Positions 27,591 through 37,215 of a DNA stretch of 64,000 nucleotides are shown here, in pieces. A model generated the notes under the pieces. The model saw nothing but the letters and a program-made list of their open reading frames with translations. It was not told where the DNA came from and made no database searches. Source of the stretch: Candidatus Heimdallarchaeota archaeon (lineage in GTDB: Archaea > Asgardarchaeota > Heimdallarchaeia > JABLTI01); assembly GCA_018238155.1 (NCBI GenBank), contig JABCTZ010000019.1:96001-160000 (forward strand), given 5' to 3'. Both the position numbers and the translations under genes were made by a program. How positions within the stretch are numbered: the first letter of the stretch is position 1; each line of letters starts with the position of its first letter.

Positions 27591-28580
27591 ATGATTCAAT
27601 CGGTAATAGTGAATGATGAAGCGTATCAACAAATGTTCAAATATGTCATTGAATTTGCTAATCCTGAAAGACCATATAGACAATGGAGGGAAGTGATTGG
27701 CTGGCTTGTTGGTAAGGTAGAAGGTGAGACTGTAACAGTAATCAAAGCTATTCCGATGACTAGTGGAAATTCTATTTTCGTTGAAATGTCTGATTATACC
27801 ATTATTCCAAAGATTGCAGAGGAAGCAGAAAGTATCAATGCTGTTATTGTCGGTTGGTTCCACAGCCATCCCTCATTTGGTTTTTTCTTATCTGGAGTTG
27901 ATATCAGAACACAACGTTATCAGCAAAGTCTATTTGATAATGCAATCGCCTTAGTCTGCGATCCAACAAAAATAACTTCGATAGAATCAGGAATTCACGG
28001 GTATCAAGTATATATGGATGAAGAACATAGAGGAAGAGAATATCGGGAATTAGATATTCTAATAGAAACTGAAGCTATGTACCCTGACCTTCTTTCTAAA
28101 TTCTTGGAAGAACAAGGAATTACACGATCCTTCTCAGATGCTATCTCACATGAAGAACTTTCAGCATTATATGCTCTCGAAGGAATTACACCACCACAAT
28201 TGGCTGCATTAAAAGCGAAACAATTATTGCCTTCCGAACAAAGTGCTAGACCAGTATTAGAAGGGGAGTATATTGTTAGTGATTTAATCAAAGCAAAAGA
28301 AGATTGTTATATTCAAATACGAATATCAAATACTGGCAAGGGTGTTGCTTGGTCAGTTGATCTTAATTTTAATCCAGGATTAGATTTTAAATTGTTTTCA
28401 ATGTATCCTCATCGAATAATTGATCAATTGAATTACGAAACTACTATCATTGAAACTTTCAAATTAAAACCTGTGAGAAAAGGGGAATTGCTTCTTCCTA
28501 GAACAATAATCAATTATAAATTAGCAAATGAGAAGCGGTACTATATTGTTGTACCTGCGCTCACAATCCTTGCAATATAG
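27591..28580 (+). CDS. JAMM/MPN+ metalloprotease (Rpn11-like) with C-terminal Ig-like domain
   Basis: EVIGWLVG...VGWFHSHPSFGFFLSGVD..TQ...ALVCDP; C-terminal beta-sandwich (IRISNTGKGVA...GELLLP). Confidence 0.88.
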   Translation: MIQSVIVNDEAYQQMFKYVIEFANPERPYRQWREVIGWLVGKVEGETVTVIKAIPMTSGNSIFVEMSDYTIIPKIAEEAESINAVIVGWFHSHPSFGFFLSGVDIRTQRYQQSLFDNAIALVCDPTKITSIESGIHGYQVYMDEEHRGREYRELDILIETEAMYPDLLSKFLEEQGITRSFSDAISHEELSALYALEGITPPQLAALKAKQLLPSEQSARPVLEGEYIVSDLIKAKEDCYIQIRISNTGKGVAWSVDLNFNPGLDFKLFSMYPHRIIDQLNYETTIIETFKLKPVRKGELLLPRTIINYKLANEKRYYIVVPALTILAI

Positions 28581-28638
28581 GAAATAAAAAATTGAAATGA
28601 AAAATCACTTATATTTACAAGTGATTTAATTCTTTCTC

Positions 28639-29244
28639 TTATTTTTTAGCCCGACGATCTTTTACCCAACCAACAATACCCAGAACGATAAAAGATAGAA
28701 TTCCAATCGAAAGCAAGACTAGAACTGCCCAAATATAAACTGGTGAGGGTGGTCTTTTGTATTGTACAGTAATCGTTGCATTTTCACTGAATGGTCGTAC
28801 AAATGGAGTTTCAACTACGCTTTCAATATTAATGAACAGGATATTCACCGATAGATTATAACTTCTACCGATAGTGAGGTTCATCATTGTTTGAAAATAA
28901 ATTGTTTTTGCTTCAAAAGGAGTAACTCTATAGCGAGGGTCATCTTCCGCAAATTGTTCAGAAGAAACTAAAGTAGTTTCAATAGTTCCATTATCATATG
29001 TATATTCAAAGTCTACTCTCAGTTGAGTTATTCTAAATATATCTTCTGAGTGATTATTGAATATTGTACCTCCAAAGAGATAATCATCTTTTTGATAAAC
29101 ATCTCCATTTGGGGAGATAAGATCATAAAAAACTAAGTCTCCGTTAGCTCCAGAAACTATGTTTAAGTGTTGTGGTTGGAAAACCATTGACAGAGAAAGT
29201 AAACAAGTGATAATGAAAATAACATAAGCTGTCTTTTTGTTCAT
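28639..29244 (-). CDS. Type I membrane protein with Ig-like lumenal domain, TRAP-alpha-like
   Basis: Signal peptide, beta-rich domain with several N-x-S/T sequons, C-terminal TM and basic tail. Confidence 0.55.
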   Translation of the reverse strand: MNKKTAYVIFIITCLLSLSMVFQPQHLNIVSGANGDLVFYDLISPNGDVYQKDDYLFGGTIFNNHSEDIFRITQLRVDFEYTYDNGTIETTLVSSEQFAEDDPRYRVTPFEAKTIYFQTMMNLTIGRSYNLSVNILFINIESVVETPFVRPFSENATITVQYKRPPSPVYIWAVLVLLSIGILSFIVLGIVGWVKDRRAKK

Positions 29245-29380
29245 AAGGATTACACTTCTTTGGTTGTTAAGACTTAATATCAATATTCAACTATTTAATC
29301 GAAACTCTATTTTGTTTTCGTTCATTAGATACTTTTAAACATTTCTTCAAGCTAGCTTTGGATGAATTCTTCCATCATGG

Positions 29381-30007
29381 TTAGATGAATAATGATTTTG
29401 CGACATCAGTTCTTATAGAACGATATTTTTGTTCTAGACGTGCTTCAAAAGTATTATCTATGGTAATAGATTCATCATCTAAATGAACAATAACTCCACC
29501 AATGGAATTAATTGTTTCTGTGGCTAACTTGAGTGAGGATTTAGTACCGCTCTTCTTAGTAACTTCCTTAGCTAAATTTGCAAGTTCTTTCAATTTAGCT
29601 TTATCTGCCTTTCGAGCTTTTACTAAGAGATTTCCTCCACCAATTGCAATTCCTGCTTCAACAATGAGTGAGCTAAGAACTTTGGTGTAAGCTGGCTTTG
29701 AGACAAATTTCTTTAATTCTTCTTTAGCAGAAGTGAATGTTTTGGTAATTTCTTCTTCTTTCTTTTGCAAGATTTCTCGACGTGCTTGTAGGTTAATTGA
29801 AGCAATTTGTTGTTTTTCCAATTCTGTTATAGTTTTGGATTTCATTTCAATGATTTCTTCTTTTTCTCGTTCAGCAATTATTTTCCCTTTTTCTAGGATT
29901 TCTAGTGTTTGCTGTTTTGCTTCTTTAGTAAACTCACGTGCTTCATTTTTAGCATTGCTAATTATATCCTCGACCATTTGATTGATTCTTTCTTCTTCAG
30001 CAGACAA
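29381..30007 (-). CDS. atpE: A/V-type ATP synthase subunit E (stand-alone)
   Basis: Long N-terminal helix, ARREIL, IGGVIV...ITIDNTFEARL...VAKSLF. Confidence 0.9.
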   Translation of the reverse strand: MSAEEERINQMVEDIISNAKNEAREFTKEAKQQTLEILEKGKIIAEREKEEIIEMKSKTITELEKQQIASINLQARREILQKKEEEITKTFTSAKEELKKFVSKPAYTKVLSSLIVEAGIAIGGGNLLVKARKADKAKLKELANLAKEVTKKSGTKSSLKLATETINSIGGVIVHLDDESITIDNTFEARLEQKYRSIRTDVAKSLFI

Positions 30008-30262
30008 TTTACTTGCTCCTCCTCAGATTAGCGAGTTGTTTTCAAAATCAATTCTCATAATTAAAAATATTTTGACACGAGCTCCAAATATCTGCCTTTA
30101 AACACTATCATTTGTTCTTTTGTAAAAAAAATGTCTAATAACAAATTTTTCAGTTGTTCCAAAATTGTTTTAACAAAGTTTTTTCTCAATTCTGATTTGA
30201 TTGATGTATATTCAAACAACAAGATAATGAATGAGAAAAGCAGTAATTTAGGTGAAATGAAA

Positions 30263-31477
30263 ATGGTTGACGCATCCGGAAAATTAACTCAAGCACCAAG
30301 AGTGAAAGGATTAGAATACGCAATTCGAGATATCAGTGCTGAAGCAAGAAAATTATCTGCTCAAGGGAAGGATCTAATTTGGTTAAATATTGGCGATCCA
30401 AATAAATATGATTTTGAAACACCAAAGAATATTGTTGATGCTTTTGTTGAAGCTGCACGTGAAAACAAGAGTTTCTATTCAGAATCTCAAGGTATTGTTT
30501 CGTTACGTGAAGCAATTGTTGAAAAAGAGAAGAAAATAAATGGCGCAAAGAATCTCTCTATTGATGATATACATGTTACTGCTGGAATCTCAGAAGGAAT
30601 TATGTTTCTTTTTGCTTCTCTTCTAAGTCCAGGTGATGAGATTTTAATTCCAGGTCCAGCCTATCCGTCTTATATGGCGTTTCCAAAATTCTATGATGCT
30701 AAAAGTGTTACTTATCGTACAGTTAGCACTGATAATTGGCAACCAGATGAGGATGATATTAGAAGTAAAATTACCGATAAAACAAAAGCAATTCTGATCA
30801 TTAATCCAAATAATCCTACTGGTGCAGTATATCGAGAAAAAGAATTGAAACAGATTGTAGATATTGCAGGTGAACATAATTTGCCAATAATTGCAGATGA
30901 AATCTATGATCGATTGTCTTTTGATCAGAAATTCATTGGTATGCCATCTGTTGCAAAGGATGTTCCATTATTTATGATGAATGGTTTCTCTAAAGTTTAC
31001 TTAATGCCAGGATGGCGTGTTGGTTATTGTTATCTCCAAGATCCTGACGATAAACTTAGAGAAGTCTATGAAGGTATCATTAAATTGGGGCGACTTAGAC
31101 TGTGTGTCAACACTCCAGCTCAATATGGATGTACAGAGGCTTTAACGGGTCCACAAGACCACATCAAAGAAACAGTTGAAAAATTAAGAAAACGAAGAGA
31201 TATTATCTATAAGCGCCTAAATGAAATTGAAGGGATTTCAACCCAAAAACCAGAAGCAGCTTTCTATATCTTTCCTAAAATTGAGAACCTTGGAAAATAT
31301 AAAAATGATAAAGAATTCATTCTTGCACTCTTAAAGGAAGAAGGAGTGGTAGGAGTATTTGGAAGCGGCTTTGATCCAACATATGGTAGTGGTTATTTCA
31401 GATTAGTATTCCTTTCTCAAGAAGAAATAATTAGTGATGCTATGAATCGGCTTGAAAGATTCATGAAAAAAATATAG
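30263..31477 (+). CDS. Class I/II PLP aminotransferase (alanine aminotransferase AlaA-like)
   Basis: YAIRDI, LNIGDP, INPNNPTGAVY, ADEIYD, NGFSKVYLMPGWRVG. Start trimmed to the ATG after AGGTGA. Confidence 0.92.
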   Translation: MVDASGKLTQAPRVKGLEYAIRDISAEARKLSAQGKDLIWLNIGDPNKYDFETPKNIVDAFVEAARENKSFYSESQGIVSLREAIVEKEKKINGAKNLSIDDIHVTAGISEGIMFLFASLLSPGDEILIPGPAYPSYMAFPKFYDAKSVTYRTVSTDNWQPDEDDIRSKITDKTKAILIINPNNPTGAVYREKELKQIVDIAGEHNLPIIADEIYDRLSFDQKFIGMPSVAKDVPLFMMNGFSKVYLMPGWRVGYCYLQDPDDKLREVYEGIIKLGRLRLCVNTPAQYGCTEALTGPQDHIKETVEKLRKRRDIIYKRLNEIEGISTQKPEAAFYIFPKIENLGKYKNDKEFILALLKEEGVVGVFGSGFDPTYGSGYFRLVFLSQEEIISDAMNRLERFMKKI

Positions 31478-31527
31478 CTAAGAAGATAATAGAAAATTAC
31501 AAACTATTATTCTTCCTTCTTTTTCTT

Positions 31528-32805
31528 TCATTGATTTAACCAATTCAACATCGTATCTAGTTCTGTTTGTTGCTTAATCAATTCAGTATAATCTAAATTC
31601 AAACGTTTGTAAACTCTACACATAATATCTCGTGTAAGATTTGATCCTATCTCACGTTCAATATTGTTTTGTAAAACTCTGAAAAGTATTTCTAATCGAC
31701 CAATAATAGCTATTAAATCTACCTCCAAACTGAGAACTTTCTTCAGATTATTTCGGTCAATCAAGTATTCATTACTATCACTAATTAAACGGGTGAGCTC
31801 ATCATCTTTAATGAGCAAAAGTGCTGCAGTATTTCTTTTTATACGGGATAGTGTTCGCAAATCTAACCAATTATCTGATTCGTCAAAAATAAGTTGGAAG
31901 AGGTCATCAATAAATTCAAGGGAACGTGTGAATTGAAATGCTTTCTTATCGAGAACAACTTTCCATTTTGGAAGCACTTCTAGAAAACGTTCAGAAACAA
32001 GCTTTTCAACTAATTCACAAACTTGCTTATGAGGTAATTTTATTTTCTTCTTAATATCAAGCAATGATCTTTCTGTTCCAATGAGTGATAATATTTTGAT
32101 ACCATTTTCGCCTATCAAACGGTTAATATTATTGTACCCGTCTGACCCTACTTCGAGGGAATTTAACCCTTTCTTAGTAAGTTCGAGCATACTCTCATTA
32201 CTGATTTCAAAATAGGTTTTTACTAAACCCGACTCTTCAAAATACGAAATGATACTTTGAACAACATCAACACTTATTTCTAATTCTTCACTGATAGAAC
32301 TAATATCATTTTCACCATTGATACGAGTAATAATCGCCCATTTCATATCATCTAGTTTCTTTGGTGCCCGATCTGTGTCGACTAACCTTGGAATATGATA
32401 TGGACTAATAGGTTTACGGGAAATAAGTTGCTTGACATCATCTTCAAATTCTTCGAATCCTGAACAAATACCATTCCAATCTATAATTAGATCACTATAA
32501 CGAGTTTCAAATTCTTCTACGAGGATTCTCATTTTTTCTTTAAAGGAAGAATCTTTAGTACTTAAGATGAGGAGTCCAATGATGTGTTCCCCAGGTTCTA
32601 TTTGTAAAACAAAATCACCTCGATCAATAATTTTGATGATTTCCTTTCCATCAGAAGGTTTTAACTCCTCAGTAAAAGTAATTACTGCAGAAATGAAGCC
32701 AGAGATAAGTGTAGGTTCAAGCTTAATATCTTCTCTAAAACGATAGGAGAAAAGCTGTACTCCTGAAAGTCTATGAATTATTTGAAGCTCAAACGGAACA
32801 GTCAT
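31528..32805 (-). CDS. Longin-domain protein with NPRL2/NPRL3-like winged-helix region
   Basis: Asgard-type longin N-domain (SGVQLFSYRF, LISGFISAVITF, FETRY..WNG..FEEF) followed by PYHIP...INGENDISSISEELEISVDVVQSIISYF..GLV. Confidence 0.7.
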   Translation of the reverse strand: MTVPFELQIIHRLSGVQLFSYRFREDIKLEPTLISGFISAVITFTEELKPSDGKEIIKIIDRGDFVLQIEPGEHIIGLLILSTKDSSFKEKMRILVEEFETRYSDLIIDWNGICSGFEEFEDDVKQLISRKPISPYHIPRLVDTDRAPKKLDDMKWAIITRINGENDISSISEELEISVDVVQSIISYFEESGLVKTYFEISNESMLELTKKGLNSLEVGSDGYNNINRLIGENGIKILSLIGTERSLLDIKKKIKLPHKQVCELVEKLVSERFLEVLPKWKVVLDKKAFQFTRSLEFIDDLFQLIFDESDNWLDLRTLSRIKRNTAALLLIKDDELTRLISDSNEYLIDRNNLKKVLSLEVDLIAIIGRLEILFRVLQNNIEREIGSNLTRDIMCRVYKRLNLDYTELIKQQTELDTMLNWLNQ

Positions 32806-32830
32806 ATTTTTCTCAACCTTCTTTAAAGCT

Positions 32831-33244
32831 TCATTCTGGACTAATAGGCCCCATATCGTCTAGGCATTCTCCACAAATGATGTCTTTTAATTTAGTTGCA
32901 TATTTACGTAAAACCCTAATTGTTAAACCCATTGCATTGAGCTCTAAAGAGGTTCCAATTAGGATATAATCGCCAGCATTAGTTAAAATAGTAAATCCAT
33001 GTTCTCCTCTAACAAGTACTTCAAGCAATCCACCATGCTCATTAATTGAGACAGCTTGCTCGCCTGTTGACAGAATTGCTGCAGAAATTGCTGACAAAAG
33101 ATCGGCATTTGCATCTTGCTTAGCAAAGAAGGATATTTTCATACCTTCACGATTAACGACAGCTAACGCTTCTAAATCAGAATATTCACCGATTTCTCGG
33201 AGAAGTTGATAAATTTTTCTTTGAACTTCTGGATCTTCTGCCAT
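32831..33244 (-). CDS. Roadblock/LC7 domain protein
   Basis: LEALAVVNREGM, DLLSAISAAILSTGE, VLVRGEHG, MGLTIRVLR. Confidence 0.9.
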   Translation of the reverse strand: MAEDPEVQRKIYQLLREIGEYSDLEALAVVNREGMKISFFAKQDANADLLSAISAAILSTGEQAVSINEHGGLLEVLVRGEHGFTILTNAGDYILIGTSLELNAMGLTIRVLRKYATKLKDIICGECLDDMGPISPE

Positions 33245-33341
33245 AATGTATTTTACCTTCTGAGAATTCTAATATAAGCTATTGTGAGCTTCTAATGTTA
33301 TTATATATTACTATTTGAGAAAAAGAAAGCGAAAATTGCTC

Positions 33342-34772
33342 CTAATAAGCTGGAGCAATATAAACCATTTCTTTGGCTTTCTTGCCACAAATGATACAGT
33401 TCCCATCTGGTTCTTCTTTGATATCTTCACGTGTTCCTCGAATATCGGCACCAGTATCATCTTTGACTTTTTCACCACAAGCATCATCACCACACCAGTT
33501 TGCACGGCAAAAACCACGTTTGGTTCTTTGTATTTCTTTTAACTCTTCGTAATCTTTTGGATGACTGATACTATCGACAAGCAATTTATCTGCACGTTTC
33601 TGAAGGAAATTATGCATTGTCTTCAAAATAGATTTCGATTTTCTCGCAGCATCTTTCATAGGAATAAATGCTTTTTCTCGGTTATCTCGACGAACGAGAA
33701 CAACTTGCTCTTTCTGAATATCCTTAGGACCAATTTCTAAACGAATAGGTACTCCACGAACTTCCCATTCATTAAATTTCCATCCGGGAGTGTATCCTTC
33801 CCTTTGATCGAATTCGACACGCAAACCCGCTTTTAGTAAAGTTTTTTGTATTTGCACTGCTACTTTTATGATTTCGTCTTTGTTTTCTTTTTTATATATC
33901 GGGATAATAATAATTTGAATAGGTGCAATGAATGGTGGAATTATTAAACCCTTATCATCACCATGTAAACCCACAATTGCTGCAACAAGACGAGTGGAAA
34001 GTCCATAACATGTTTGATAGACATTTCTATTTTGTTTGTCTTTATCTTGAAAAGTAATATCAAAGACTTTACTGAAACCTTGACCAAGATTGTGTGTTGT
34101 GCCTATTTGTAAAGTACGACCATCTGGTAAAGGAGAATCATAAGCAATCGAATAGACTGCTCCGGCAAAAGTATCGTATTTTGGTCTTCGTAAAATCAAA
34201 AAGGACATACATGCTTCTCGATAAACATTCTCGTAAATAACCATTGATTCCTTAACTTGTTCTTCTGCTTCCTCCTCGGTTGCATGACAAGTGTGTCCCT
34301 CTGACCAGAGGAATTCTCGGTCGCGGAGTAAAGGTTTCGTTTCCTTCGTATCGAAGCGAATAATATTGCAGAATTGATTAATTTTGAAGGGAAGATCACC
34401 ATGACTATGAATCCAAAGATGAAACATCTCATACATAATCGTTTCAGAAGTAGGACGTAGAGCGAGTTTTCTATCAAGCTTGCGATCACCTGCATGTGTG
34501 ACCCAAGCAACTTCTGGAATAAACCCTTCGAAGTGTTCTGCTTCACGTTTTAAATAATCTTCAGGGATGAATAAAGGAAAATAAGCATTCTTGTGACCTG
34601 TCTTCTTTAACTCAGCATCTAGCTTATTTCTAATCGACTCCCAAATAGAGTACCCATAGGGCATAAGAACATTAGCACCTTTTACAGGAGAACGATTATC
34701 CACAATATTTGCATAACTTATTACTTCAGAATACCATTTAAGGAATTCTTTTTCTTTTTCTGGGAGCTTCAT
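33342..34772 (-). CDS. proS: Prolyl-tRNA synthetase (archaeal/eukaryotic type)
   Basis: RPTSET, LLRDREFLWSEGHT, QIGTTHNLGQ, C-terminal Zn domain ending APAY. Confidence 0.97.
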   Translation of the reverse strand: MKLPEKEKEFLKWYSEVISYANIVDNRSPVKGANVLMPYGYSIWESIRNKLDAELKKTGHKNAYFPLFIPEDYLKREAEHFEGFIPEVAWVTHAGDRKLDRKLALRPTSETIMYEMFHLWIHSHGDLPFKINQFCNIIRFDTKETKPLLRDREFLWSEGHTCHATEEEAEEQVKESMVIYENVYREACMSFLILRRPKYDTFAGAVYSIAYDSPLPDGRTLQIGTTHNLGQGFSKVFDITFQDKDKQNRNVYQTCYGLSTRLVAAIVGLHGDDKGLIIPPFIAPIQIIIIPIYKKENKDEIIKVAVQIQKTLLKAGLRVEFDQREGYTPGWKFNEWEVRGVPIRLEIGPKDIQKEQVVLVRRDNREKAFIPMKDAARKSKSILKTMHNFLQKRADKLLVDSISHPKDYEELKEIQRTKRGFCRANWCGDDACGEKVKDDTGADIRGTREDIKEEPDGNCIICGKKAKEMVYIAPAY

Positions 34773-34872
34773 AAGCAAGAATACAAAAAAGCTAACTTAA
34801 ATCTTTTTCTTAAGATTGTTCTTTTTACAAAATAAAAAGAGAAAAAACAACGAAAATAATCGTTATTCCCAA

Positions 34873-35655
34873 TTAACGCTCCTCAGATAAAGAGAATCCT
34901 TTTCGGGCTACAACCAAAAAAGCGGTAAAACCAATCATACGAGTTGCTGGTCGTATTGCACCAATCCGTGTAGTAAGATCTCTACGAATTACTTCGAAGG
35001 CTTCAATTTGATAAAAGTTATTTTCTACTAATTTTGCTAGTGATTGATCAACTTGCGTATATGTAGGAACGAAAATCACTAGTTTTCCACCGCCCATTAA
35101 AGCATCACGAGCATGTTCAATTACATCCCAAGGATTAGGCATATCCAAGATAACTGCTTCAACATCTTTTTCATCAAAACCAGTTGTGACATCCTTGATC
35201 TTAAAATCAACGGCTTCTGATAATCCGAGTTTCTCAATGTTTTTGCGAGCAACTTTTTGGTGTTTTTCTTTGAAATCATAGGAAAACACTTTCCCACCTG
35301 GGAAAACATATCGAGCTAATGCTGAAGTTAAACTACCACTCCCCGTCCCGGCCTCAATAACCCTTACACCACTACAAATTCCGGCAGTAAAGATGATTTG
35401 GGCAATGTCTGTTTGGTAAATCACTTGAGTAGAATGAGTGATGGCATCACGATAATCATAGGGGGAAGGTTTCCAAAGAAAGAATGTAGCATCCTTAGAA
35501 TTAACAATACTAGAACCATATTCTAAACCAATGACCTCATCTAAAACAACAGGTCCTTTATGTGTATGGAATTCCTTTCCAGCTTCAACTTTTACCATCC
35601 ATTTCTTATCATCAGAAATAGATATAATTATCAAATCGTCCTCTTTGATTTTCAA
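34873..35655 (-). CDS. trmI: tRNA (adenine-N1)-methyltransferase TrmI
   Basis: FHTHKG, TQVIY, VIEAGTGSGSLT, LDMPNPW, IRPATRMIG. Confidence 0.93.
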   Translation of the reverse strand: MKIKEDDLIIISISDDKKWMVKVEAGKEFHTHKGPVVLDEVIGLEYGSSIVNSKDATFFLWKPSPYDYRDAITHSTQVIYQTDIAQIIFTAGICSGVRVIEAGTGSGSLTSALARYVFPGGKVFSYDFKEKHQKVARKNIEKLGLSEAVDFKIKDVTTGFDEKDVEAVILDMPNPWDVIEHARDALMGGGKLVIFVPTYTQVDQSLAKLVENNFYQIEAFEVIRRDLTTRIGAIRPATRMIGFTAFLVVARKGFSLSEER

Positions 35656-35752
35656 AGTATATTCACCGATTATTCAGTTGCTTTTGAATTAGCAATAACA
35701 AGCTAATACTATCTCCAAAAGAAAAAACCTCTCAAAAACTTTTGCTTGGAAC

Positions 35753-36637
35753 CTAAATACCAAAAAGCTGTGTGTATTCATCACTAACAATGGTTCGTAA
35801 TATTTGCTCATTAGATTCCCCAACAATGGTTTTTGTTCCGATGATAATCGTTGGAATGGAAAGAATACCGTGTTCACTTGCAGTATTTTTATCTGCTTCA
35901 ACATCGACGACCTTAATGGTCATTGGATATTGTGAAGAAATATTTGTTAATCTATCAAAAACAGGATCACAGAAATCACAATTAGGTCCAGAAAAGAACA
36001 TTACAGGTAAAGTTTTCTCTTCAAAAGCGTTGTTAAAAAGAACCTTCCTTTTTTTGGGGACACCAAATTCTTCATTCCAAGTGGTAAGCATCTTAGCTAT
36101 CATGGAAAAAATATCAACAACATTCTGACCTGTTTTTGCACTAGCAAAAACAATTCCATTGACATCTTTCCGAACGCTGGAATTGATCACTTCATCGGCA
36201 ATAACATTCATATCATAATTCAAATCAATTTTATTGAAAAGGATAATTTTAGGTATTTTACGGTTGATAGCTTGATTTAATTTATCATTCCATGTGGAGA
36301 GACTTTCAATGGTTTCAGGTCTAGATACATCAGCAACGAATATAGCTGCATCAGTTTCAATCAAATATCGAAAAGCAAACTGTTTGAAAGCTTCTTGTCC
36401 ACCAATGTCCCAAACGGATAACCCAACTCTTTTTTCAGAAATATCAATATAACGAGTATAGATATTAAATCCTAACGTAGCATAATATTTGGTTTTAAAT
36501 TGATTATGGACATATCGTTGTATAATGCTTGTTTTTCCAACATTTGGATTGCCTAGCACAACAATCTTTCGGCAGTCAACTGACCCCAACAATGTGCACA
36601 CCGCGATTTCGCTTGAGAGAACTATATTCCTTATCAA
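35753..36637 (-). CDS. Rab-like GTPase fused to C-terminal thioredoxin domain
   Basis: GNPNVGKTS, TLGF, WDIGGQ, NKID, ASAKTG; then FSGPNCDFC...GILSIPT. True start may be TTG at 36592/36589. Confidence 0.88.
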   Translation of the reverse strand: MIRNIVLSSEIAVCTLLGSVDCRKIVVLGNPNVGKTSIIQRYVHNQFKTKYYATLGFNIYTRYIDISEKRVGLSVWDIGGQEAFKQFAFRYLIETDAAIFVADVSRPETIESLSTWNDKLNQAINRKIPKIILFNKIDLNYDMNVIADEVINSSVRKDVNGIVFASAKTGQNVVDIFSMIAKMLTTWNEEFGVPKKRKVLFNNAFEEKTLPVMFFSGPNCDFCDPVFDRLTNISSQYPMTIKVVDVEADKNTASEHGILSIPTIIIGTKTIVGESNEQILRTIVSDEYTQLFGI

Positions 36638-36712
36638 GTTTATTTAATTAAGTTATTATCTGAATAATCTGTTTTAAGTAGCTTTGCATTTAGGAAAAAG
36701 TTTGATTGAAAA

Positions 36713-37039
36713 TCACTTGTTGATGACAAGTGCCCTTGAACCTTCATGACAAAGCTCACAGTAAGTAATGACTCGAGATGGTGTGCCTGCTTTTATACGA
36801 ACATGAGCGTTAATCCCTGGATAAAGAAATTTCTTACATTTACGACAGAATCTAAAACGCCATTTCTTAGGCATTTGTATCTTTACTTTCATAGCAATTT
36901 TTCGAGCACGTTCTCCATATCGAATTGCAAGAAGAGGCTCATCAGAGTAGATAACATCAGCTTTAGTAAGAAGAATTTCAATGCGTTCTATAGCAATTCT
37001 TTTTGTTTCTGTAGCTTCTTTTCGACGACGACGGCTCAT
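36713..37039 (-). CDS. rnp4: Ribonuclease P protein component 4 (Rpp21)
   Basis: IAIERIEILL, ARKIAMK, FCRKC..LYPG..A.VRI, CELC. Confidence 0.92.
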   Translation of the reverse strand: MSRRRRKEATETKRIAIERIEILLTKADVIYSDEPLLAIRYGERARKIAMKVKIQMPKKWRFRFCRKCKKFLYPGINAHVRIKAGTPSRVITYCELCHEGSRALVINK

Positions 37040-37215
37040 GGAATCACCCAGTACAAATAGTAAATAGTTCAAGATGGGAATATTTAGCAATAAAAATTGT
37101 TCGTAGTACACGATTAAAGTCAAAGAATACAATGTTTGTCTTCAATCTTATTCAGAAGAAGAATCTTTATCTTTAAGGTTACTAAGAATCATATGTAATA
37201 GGAGACGATAATGTT

